Virus record (IMG/VR): IMGVR_UViG_3300025108_000047 | Span: 1-60,318 of that record | Source: a virus | Lineage: Duplodnaviria; Caudoviricetes | Strand: one strand, 5' to 3' | DNA length: 60,318 bases | Shown here: positions 47,223 through 58,000 of the stretch, piece after piece | Numbering within the stretch: the first letter of the stretch is position 1 | Layout: every line of letters starts with the position of its first letter | The notes under the pieces: model-generated | What the model was told of the DNA's origin: nothing | What the model saw: only the letters and a program-made list of their open reading frames with translations | Database searches by the model: none | Position numbers and translations under genes: made by a program

Positions 47223-49018
47223 TGGAAATAAATAAAGGTACATCAGCAGCTTTATTAGGTGTTTTTTCTTCAGACAGAAAAGCTGCTAAAGCAAGAGAAT
47301 TAAATATTGCACAAACGCAATATCAAATATCTCAAAAAAAACAACAACAGCAGTATCAACTGTCTCAGACTTTAGCTCAGAACAGACAGGCAGCACAAAA
47401 AATAGCTGCTAGTGTAACTACTAGAAAAGCTGACGCACAAAATTTAGTTACTAACATGGATAATGTTATTGACGAAATGAAAGCTGGTGTAGCTAAGTAT
47501 GGAGGTAATGTAATGAGATACATGACTGCTGAAGGTAACGACAAGTGGACTTCGGCTATAGGAGATTATGAAACTAAAATTGGTGAAATAAAAACTAACG
47601 AAGCAGAAATTGCTAAGTACTATGAATTAACTAATAGTGATAAAGCTCACTTAGTTATGGATAGAGATACAAAAGCTTTAGAAAGTTATATAGATGGAAC
47701 AACTAATTCTTTTAAATTTTCTGGACAAATACAAGATATAGAAAACTATCAAAGTGCAGTAAGTTCAGGTAGAGAAGTTTTACCTTCTGATGTATTAGCA
47801 GGAGGCGAAGGAAAAAATCAACAAATAATTATTTCTAATTATATGAGGGAGTATGGAATTACAGACCGCTCTCAAGTAACACAAGCCAACCTAGAACAAT
47901 ACGTTAGTCTTAAATACCTAAAAAATCAACCAGGATTAATGGGTACAAAAGAAGATGATAGAACTGTGGGAGGAGAAATACTTCAATCAGCTCAAACTTT
48001 ACAAAAAGTAAATCTTAATGATACTAATCCGTTTGACGCAAATGCTTCAGAAAATATATTTTCAGTTGTTGATAGTGAGCTTGGTAGACATGGTTATACT
48101 AAAAAAGCAAAACCTGAAACTAAAAATGGTGTAAGCGTAGTTGGTTCTGGTACAGTTTATGAAAACTATTCAGATAAAATTACTAAAAGTGTATTTGGTT
48201 CGGATAGCAAAATGCTAAAAAATGTAGAAGCCAAAGGATTATTTAAACAGTCTGATGGTTCTCAAATAGAAGACACTCAATGGTATGGAGAAACTTTAGG
48301 CGGAGAAAGCGAAACTTATGATTTAGAAGTAACAGGCTATCATTATGCTTACAAATACATAATAGACGGTAAAGAGCAGTTAGCTGTAATGACAGACGAC
48401 CCTGAAAAAAATGAAGAGTTAAGAAAAAATTACGAGGCTAGCGGAGCAAAGCCTTCTATGGTTATGGTTGCTCAGTTGAGAGAAGATGACCCTATTAGAG
48501 ACGATTATTATTATAAAGAAATACAAATGTCTCAAAGTTTAGCTTCTGAAATATCTAAAGAAGCTGATTTTAAAATTATTTCTAATGAAGCTAGTGATAG
48601 AAAAAATCAAACAGCTCATAAAGATAATAAGAGAAAAAATAAAGAACAAAGCATTCTAAACATCTCTACTAATCATTTTGATGGTAATGACGTTTTTGTT
48701 GAACAAACTCAATCAGAAGCAGCTAACACGCTTTTACCTGTATTTAAAAGACATGGCGTTCAAAACTCTATGTTTACTCCGTTACTTTCTAGTTTAATGG
48801 CTCAGTCGTCTAGCACATCAGATTTGTTTAGTAGAATAGACTTAATAGACCAAGCGTTATCAGACAAAAATAGTGAAGTGGGTAAAGCTTTATTAACAAA
48901 CAACATATCAGAGTTTAATAGTTTTGTAAAAAATAGCTTAAATTCGCAACAAGAAATAAATGAGTTCCAACAGTTACAAAACGACTGGAATCAACTAAAC
49001 GCAAATTCACAATATTAA
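47222..49018 (+). CDS. Ejection/cargo protein
   Basis: 598 aa with a Q-rich N-terminus, directly before the RNAP gene. Confidence 0.55.
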   Translation: MEINKGTSAALLGVFSSDRKAAKARELNIAQTQYQISQKKQQQQYQLSQTLAQNRQAAQKIAASVTTRKADAQNLVTNMDNVIDEMKAGVAKYGGNVMRYMTAEGNDKWTSAIGDYETKIGEIKTNEAEIAKYYELTNSDKAHLVMDRDTKALESYIDGTTNSFKFSGQIQDIENYQSAVSSGREVLPSDVLAGGEGKNQQIIISNYMREYGITDRSQVTQANLEQYVSLKYLKNQPGLMGTKEDDRTVGGEILQSAQTLQKVNLNDTNPFDANASENIFSVVDSELGRHGYTKKAKPETKNGVSVVGSGTVYENYSDKITKSVFGSDSKMLKNVEAKGLFKQSDGSQIEDTQWYGETLGGESETYDLEVTGYHYAYKYIIDGKEQLAVMTDDPEKNEELRKNYEASGAKPSMVMVAQLREDDPIRDDYYYKEIQMSQSLASEISKEADFKIISNEASDRKNQTAHKDNKRKNKEQSILNISTNHFDGNDVFVEQTQSEAANTLLPVFKRHGVQNSMFTPLLSSLMAQSSSTSDLFSRIDLIDQALSDKNSEVGKALLTNNISEFNSFVKNSLNSQQEINEFQQLQNDWNQLNANSQY

Positions 49019-49019
49019 G

Positions 49020-52000
49020 ATGGGAAAATTTTCTGACGCTGGTAGTTTTTTTAATTCAAGAAATCAAAAACCACAAGCTCCGCAACAGCCAGACTCACCT
49101 TCTGCTAACTTGCAGAATCAACTATTGAAAGAACAAGTTGATGCTACAACAAAAAAGAGTGAAGGAGGGTATGATGCTTTTCAGCAATATAAAGGTGGCT
49201 CTAACTTTGACGAACAAGGACAGCGTGTAGGAAATACTCAGGAAGATATTTTAATGAGTGGAGGCACAAAGCTTGGAAAAAGTTTAGTTGCTGGTACTGG
49301 AGACGTTATAGAACAAGTTGTAGACTTAACTCAATTAGTTTATAATTTTGGAACACCTCTTGGTGCAGCAGAAAGAGCTGTTGGATTAGACTTTAGCAAA
49401 AACTTTTTTGACTGGGTTAAAGAAAATACATCTCAAGAATTACAAGACTATGCTGTAACATATCAAAAGCCAGGGTCAGAAGACTTCAAGTGGTCAGACT
49501 TGGGGACATCAGACTTTTGGACAACAGACTTTGCAAGACAAGTCCCCAACTTATTATCAATGATGGCGGGGGGTGCAGGACTAGTTAAAGGAGCGGGAAC
49601 TCTTATGACTAAAATGGCAACTAAGTCTATTGCAAAAGGTGGAGCAAGATTAGCAAAAGCTGGCGCATTATCTTCTAAGGTTGTAGACCCAGCTGGAAGA
49701 ACTATTGGACAGATAGGCGGAAAAGGTATTGGTAAATTATTTACAAGGTCAGAAGGTGCTGTAGGATTAAGTACAAAAGGAAAGCTTGTAGCTGGTATTG
49801 GAGGTGGTGCAGGAATGAACTTAGTTGATGGTGGTATTGTTGCTGGTATGGCTTATGATAGAGCTTTAGAAGAGTTTGGAAGCGATGAAGAAGGAAGAAA
49901 GTTAGCTGGGCAAATAGCTGCTGATATATTTATAGACAACTCTAAGTGGATGGCTGTAGACGCATTGTCTTGGGGATTTACATTCGGAGGTGGTTCTAAA
50001 GTTATACTAGGTAAAGCAACACAAAAGCTAGGGCAAATAAAAAACGGATTTGGTAAAAGAGCTGCAAATATATTAGTTAATGCAAGTGCAGGTTCTGCTG
50101 CTGGTGCTGCTATTGGAGGAGCTGCTACGTTAGGAGAAGAAGGAATGGGTGACGCTATGAAGACAGGAGCGTTAGCTGGACTTGGAGCTGGACTTCTTAA
50201 AGGAACTAGAGGTGTAAAAGCTGCTGGTATGTTAGCTCCAGAAGGTATTGAAGAAATGTTTCAGGAAACTTATCAAGAGTGGATTGAGAAGAAAGCTTTT
50301 AACGAAGCTAGAGGTGAAGAAGAAAAAACACCTACTTACTGGGACTTTTATTCATCTGATGAAGCAAGAAAAACAAAAGCTATATCGCTTATATCTGGTA
50401 TGGCTGGCTCTACTGTAGGTGGATACACAAACTTAATTAATGACGTAGCGGACAGAAGTTTTGAAAACGACAAAAAGATAGACGCTATAAGCTCTATAAT
50501 GGATAGAGCCAATAATGCAGACAACACATACGACAAAACATCTGCAATGTATGACATGGTTTCTCAGTCTGTAGCTGACCAAAACGATGACAACTTATTA
50601 GCATGGATAAACGGAGAAGCAAGTAAAGAGGGTGGCGCTGTAGACGCAAAACTACAAACTGAGCTTGTTGCTTTTATGAATGAGCAAAAAAAGACTTACG
50701 AAAAAGTAGGTAGTGGTATGAAAAATATTACCGCTAATGAAAAGTCAAGATTATTTAGAATGCAAACTGGTATTTCTAAAAACGCTGCTGAATTTAGTGA
50801 GCAGTCTACAATATACAACGAACAAAAAGCTGATTTAACAAATCAACTTAAAGATATAGAAAGCAGCAACTTAAGTGATTCTGCTAAAAAACAAGCTGTA
50901 AGCAATCTTAACGAACGTATAGCAGAGCTAGACGCAGACTTTAATACATTACAAAATAATGTTAACAAAGCTAATAGCGAAATACAAGAAGAAATAAACA
51001 CCTATACTACTGGTTTAATTACTAAATCTAAAGTAAGAAAAGCGGCAAGCGTAGAGGGTATTAAAGATGCTGTTAAGTCTGCTACAAGTCAAATAGGTAA
51101 GTTTGGTAAAGGAGTAAAAGAATTTTCAGAAGGAGTTTTTGATGGTGTAAATAAAGCAAAAGCAGACTATACAAAAAGAAAACAAGAGGAGCAGGCACAA
51201 CAAGCTGAACAAGCACCAGAAGGGCAAGAGCCTACGTTAGGTGAAGATATTTTTGATATGCCTAAAGAAAATGTGTTTAACACAATGGTTCAGTTGTTTA
51301 GAACAAGTTACAAAGGCAGTGATATTGATACTGATATGTTCACAAACGAACAATTAGATAAAATAATCTCTGAAGCATTTACTGAAAACGGAATAGACGG
51401 AACAGCAAGTCAAGAAGAGTTTGCAGCTAAATTTGATGCAATAGAAAAATCTGTTAACGCAAAGCACAAAACTTTTGTAGAAAATAAAGCTAAAGCTGCT
51501 GAAGAGTCTGAGCCTACTAAAAAGTCTACTTTTCAAAAAGCAAAAGAAAAAACAACAGAAGTTGTTGGAAAAGTTGTAGATACTGTTAAAGAAGGAGCTG
51601 AATCTGTTAAAGAAGCTTTTACTAAAAAAGAGCCTGAAGCAGAAGTTGTTTCTAAAAAAGAGTCTGATACTCCTAAAGTTAAAGATGATGTTTCTTCTGA
51701 TGTTATAGAAGATATAGAGTTTGAAGAAGTTACAGAAAACTCTGAAAAAGATAATCCTTTAAAATCTAAAATTAACGAAGAGTTTGATAAAGAAATTGCT
51801 GAAATTCAAGTTGAAATAGATAAAGAAACTGATGAAGAAAGAATAAAAATACTTCAAAAAGCTTTGGCTGAAGTTAAAGAGTCTAAACTCAGAAAAGTAC
51901 AAGGAGAGCCGTCAAAGCCTATAGGTAAAAAAGAGTCTGTAAGAAAGGCTAAAAAAGATGCTAAAAAAGCTAAAGATAAATATAAATTTAGCTGGTATAA

Positions 52001-55000
52001 TCCTTTAGGAATATTAGAAAGAAGAAAGTTTAGAAAAGAAAGAAATAAAAAAGTAAAAGAAGCTATAGCTAAATTTGACGAAGCTAAAAAACAAAACTCA
52101 TTACATTACGTTTATGCTTTAAAAGACGCTAACTATCCAAACTCTGCTATTATTACTTTAGCTGAGATGTCTCAAATGTTTGGTGAAGCAGGTACTTCTG
52201 CTGTAGTAAACGCAACTATATATGCTTCTAACAGACCAGACTTTGCTAATATAGTTAAGCATGAGTTTGGACACGTACTTTACCCTTTGTTTCAGGACAC
52301 TCCTTTAATGCAAGATATTAAAAGACTAATTCTTGAAGATGGTAAAATAATTAAAAATATAACGCAGACTTATCCTGAGTTAATTTTATTTGACACAGAA
52401 CTAGGCCCACAAACTATTGAAGAAATAATAATAAATCCTAACATATATAAAAATATGTTAGACCACAATTCTACTATAGAGGGTGACATGAAAAGTATTG
52501 TAGAAAGTTTAAACACAGGCAGAATATTTACTAATGAAATAAACTCTTTACTTAGCAAGATAAAGGGCATGGACTCTATATCTATTGCTAAACCAGAAAA
52601 TCAAGAATTACTTATAGAAGAAGCTTTTGCTCATTACCTAGAAAAAGACAGCATTACTCTTGCAGACATAATAGCTAAAGACGTTAAGACTGAGCAAAGA
52701 CTTAAAAGAAAGGTTAATATTGTTGCAGAAAAAATTAAAGTTCCTTCCAAAACTACAGACGAACAAAAGTTTGAAATTATAAAAACAATGGACTCTCCTG
52801 CTAATAGAGCAGACACGCTAGAAGAAGCTTTAGATATTATAAGAAGAGACGCTGACAGAAGAAGTAAAATACATAAGCCTAAAAGAAGTTCTAGGGTTAT
52901 GAGAAAAAAGCCAAACAAATCATTAAATGATATAGCTCAAGCACATTATGAGAACTCAGAGCTTGTTAAAGCTATTCTTATAAACAATAGAGGAGCGTAT
53001 GAATCTATGATTATGTCTTCTATAGAAGAGCTGTCTGGTAAAGAATTGTCGCAAGAACAAATAAAAGAGGTTTTACAAAAAGAAGCGCGTATATTTTTAA
53101 ATGTTATTAATAAACAAGAATCCGCTACCTCTGGACTTATAAATAAAAACAAAAATTATCAATATGACGAAGCAAGTATAGACGACATATCTGGCTCAGT
53201 ACTAAGTGAGCTTATAGCAGAAGGTACTTTAGGTAATAATGAAATTACACAAGCTTTAGAGTTTGCTGGAGTATTAGACAAAAATGCCGAAAGAATACCT
53301 TTCTTGTTTGAAGAAGAGTTAGATGACTTTGTGATGACAAAAGACTCTAATGACAATGTCGCAATACAGAACGAAAGGTCTTCTACATCTAAATTTATAG
53401 ACGCTTTTGTTCTTTACTTAAATAGCGAAAGAGGTAAGTTTTTATTAGAAAGCGGAAAGCTAGAAGGAGAGTTAAATCTTTACAACGAAGGAGCTATCAG
53501 AAGAAATATTAGAAAAGAGTTTAGAAAAGCTTTAGTTCCTAAAGGAGAAAATGTATTTATAGCAGACTTTATGGACTCTATAATTAATCCTAAAACACCT
53601 TTATTAAAAGCATTTAAACAATTTACTTTAGACCTATATAAAGATAAGTACGGAAGTGTTGCTGGCTCTAATCAGTACTTGAATGCTATAGCAAGAGGAA
53701 TACATCACGAACAATCTTCTAATGTTGTTGAGTCCAGAGATATTTTATTTTACACAGAACAAGACTCTGATTATTTTATAGAGCCTAGTATAGCTGAGTT
53801 TGAACAATTTGTAATTGAAGACCTTATTACAGACAATGAAACCAATGTAAGCTTAGATAGACTTAACCTCTTAAAAGACTCTAAAAGAGTTAATATGCTT
53901 GAATTAATAGAGGCTATAGGTGATATTAAGTTTAAATCTAAATCTGCACAAGCATACTTAGACCAATTTGCAATACAAGAGTCTTTTACTTTTATGCACA
54001 AAGGTAAAACTCTTAAGGCTGTAGACGTAGTAAATGATATTATTAAGTCTAACGGTAAAATAGATTCTGAGTTATTAAAAAGCATAGCAACTGAAATAAC
54101 AATGCTTTCAAGAGACCTTAACCAAATTACGATGGTTGATATGGCTAGACTTGAAACTGGAACAAGTCTTTTAAACAAAACATCTTCTTTGTATGAGGGC
54201 TTTAAGTCTATGAAGCAATACCTTAATGACCAAACTACACCTACAAATGAAATAATTAAAGAGGTTTCTAATGGTTCTGTATTTGATTATTTAATAAACA
54301 AACTGGGAATAAGTCCTAAAATATCTGCTTCATCTGGAGTAAGGGTAACAGATATTGATGGAATGATAAAAGGTGATAGTTATGTAAACCTTTCTCCTGA
54401 CGAAATATTAATGAGTGACATTTTAAGAATGCTTACTGTAGACGAGGAGTCATATCAAATGCCTATAATGGTATTTAGTGAAAAGTCTAGAAGATATAAT
54501 GTTACTGTTCCTAAATATAAAAACCTAAGAACTACTAAAAACAATTTTGTAGAAGATTTAGCTAAAGAAATAGAAGGTGCAAGATATTCTAAAGGAGACA
54601 AAGTTTCTAATTTATTTCAAATCTCAAATAAAAATAATACTTTCGATAGCATTGTTAACAAAAAAGAACTTGCAAAACAAGTTAAGTTTTTAGAAAATTA
54701 TATTAAAGACAATCCTTATATAATTACCAACTTAATTCAAAACGGAGTTATAAAATCTACTGATGGTAAAGTTCCTAATTCATTACTGGAGGATTTAGTT
54801 GTGTCTACAGCACTAAACAAATACTCTGCTCAAAAAACTTTAGTAGCTAAACATAGTGATAGAAAGAATGCAGTAGACTATACTAAGCGTTCTGCTATGG
54901 CAATAGCTAGACGTAGACCTGTGTTTGAGCATATAGAATATATCATAACTCCTGACTTGTATTACAATCCTAACGCTGAAGAAGGACTTGAATATCTTAC

Positions 55001-58000
55001 AGATGAGGACTTAGAGTCTGGCGACTTTACTGCTGCTCAAAAAGCAGAATACAAACAAGTGGATGACGCACAGTCTTTAATGCTTCCTGAAGACGCAAGA
55101 CTTTTAAATAAAAACGCTGGTCTTGGTAACGAATATGGCTCTGTATATAAAACAGTACACTCTGGTAGAGACACAAGAGTTGATAGTTTATCTTATGAAG
55201 AAAAAGGTAAAAAATACGATACTGGAGATACATATTTAAAACACAACACTGTTGTTCTTAGTGATAAGTATGTAGCAATGTCTATTGAAAATGGTTATGT
55301 TGGGCTTGCAAAGCTTAGGGCTATTATGAAAAACAGAAAAGAACACTTGCTTAATAAGTTTGGAGCTAATGTTTCAATAGTTACTATGCCAAAGTCTGCT
55401 GTTAAATCTGATACAGAAAACAAATTTCTTACTCCTTTAGATGTAAAAGAAATAAAAATTACAGAAGACGAAATACTTTCTACTTTTAGTAATTTAAGTA
55501 GCAACAGCATAAATGCAACACAAGCAAAAATTAAACTATTAATTAAAAATGATAAATTTGGTGGTGGTATTTCAGAGCGTACATCTTTAACTGAACTTAA
55601 TGAGCAAAGAGACGGTTTGTTTGCTAAAAGCAACGAGGAAGGATTAAGGTACATAGGTTTTGATGCTTCTAAGTTTGGTGTACAAAATATATTAGAATCT
55701 AAAAGAAATGAAACTTCTTCTACGACACCTATACAGTTACTTAGTAATTACCTACAGTCAGTACCTACTGATGCTTTAAAGTCTGAAGTAATAGACTTAT
55801 TAGCTACATATGCTAAAGCCGTAGACCTTTATAGCAATGAGCAAATAGACAATTTGCCTCAAGACATTAAAGACATGATTGACCCAAGCTGGGCTGGTAG
55901 TCCAATGTCTTATCTTGTAAGCAGTGGATTAATAAATCTACCTGGAATACAACTAAAACTACAAGAGGTTCTTTCTAAAAATGTTATATCAGGAGCAACT
56001 AAGCTTAGAGGGCCAGGTGGTATAGCTTTTGAAACATCTCCTTATGGATTTAAATTAAAATCAAGAGTAAGAGCTTCTGAAATTAAATATATTAAAGGTA
56101 GCTTAAATCCTGACTCTATTGTTTCTGAAATTGTTTTACCAGAATCTATGTCAAAAAAGTTTGGCGTTGGAGATATTGTTACTGCTACCCGTATACCAGC
56201 AGATAAACTTTCTATGTCTCAGGTATATGTAATTAAAGACTTTTTTGATGGCGATGCTGGACAGGTTGTTGCTATACCAGAAGGCAACTCTGCAATTAAA
56301 GGCTCAGATAAAGATGGTGACTCATTGTTTATTGACGGTAGAATTAATAAAAAAGAATTAACTGAAGCTGAAAAAGCTTACAATAATTATATTTTTAAAT
56401 CTACAAGATTTATTTCCAATCCTGCAATGACTGATGTTACTGGGTTGTCGTTAGAAAACGTTGCAGAAAAAGCTGATGACTACATAAGTGCTTTAGAAAA
56501 ATCTGGAGTAAAAGTTCCTGAAGAACAAAAAGATATGCTCACAATGCAATTTGACAAATACTCTTTACAAAACAACTTAGAAATAAGAAATGTATTAGGA
56601 GAGCTTATTATTGCATTTAGAGACACAAACTATTTGTCTTTTTATAATCAAGAAATAAACGCAAACATAGAAATAGAAGGTAAAATTTTAAATAAATTTA
56701 AAGACTCTAAAAACGGCAAAGAAGTACAGTTTATATCTGAGCTTGTACAGCTTGTTTTAGATAACCCTTCTAAATTAAAAGCCTTTAGTTTAGGATTAAA
56801 TACTGTGGTAATAAAAGACTTAGTGTTGTTGTCGAGAATGGGTTTTGACGCTACAAGTGCTTTAAGTTATATAAATAGTCCAGAAATGCTTTCTGTTTAC
56901 AAATACACTAATCAAAGCAGAATATTAAAAGGTATAGACCCTAGCTTAGATTATTACTCTCCTGAGTTTATGGCTTGGCTAGAAATAAGCAATAATGGAA
57001 TAAAAGATGTTAGAGGTTTTGTAAACGACATTAATAATACAAAAAGAGTAGAAGAGTTAAAAACTGAATTTAATACTACTACATATCCTAAGTACAGAAA
57101 ACTTGAAAACTTTAAATTAGGAATTAGAATTTCTAAAAAGCCATCTACCGATTCTGACTCTTACGCAATAATTAAAGTTTTAAAAGCTGTTAAGTCTGAC
57201 TTATCTGCAATGAGTGATATATTAAATGTGTACAACACAAATCCACAAAGCAGTTTAGAAATTGAAACTAGGATTAATAACTGGAAAAATACTAAAGAAA
57301 ACCCTCTTATTATAAACTTTACAGATGCTCTTATAAACGACCCTATTATAAAAAATAGAGAGAATGCTCTAAACAATCTTAAAAGAGCATTAAAAGAAAA
57401 CACAGCTATATCAAATGACAAATTTGTTAATCTTTCTGAGTCTTTATCTAAAGTGTTTAAGTTTGATAAAGGTTATAAGTCTAAAAGTATTTCTAACGAA
57501 ATTATAGAGTCTGCTTACGATAAAGCTTTATTAGACATACTCAAAACAGACATTAGTCAAAGCGAACTAGAAAACATTAGAAAAGAAATACAGTCTGCTA
57601 TAGGCAATATGTCTGTAGATGCCCTTATTCCTTCTATGTTAAAAACTTTAGAAGATAGTATTTATGTTATACCTGGATACGTTTCAAGAGCTACGTCTCC
57701 TGAAATACTAAACAACATTAGAAGTCAATTTGAGATTGAGTCTAAGGATATAGAAATAATGGGAATGAGTTTTGCAGAAGCTTTACTTGTTTATAAATAT
57801 AACCAGCCAAGCAAAACAGGAAAAAAAGGTAGACTTATTAATGATAACTCATTATTGTCTGTTATGCCTACGTCTATAGTTAATAAAATTAACGAAAGCT
57901 TAACTGCTGAAAAAATAAATAAAGGACTTTCGCTTAGCAGGGCAGATGTTCTTAGTTCAGCTAGAAGCAATATTTATTCTGTTCCTAATGTATACTTTGG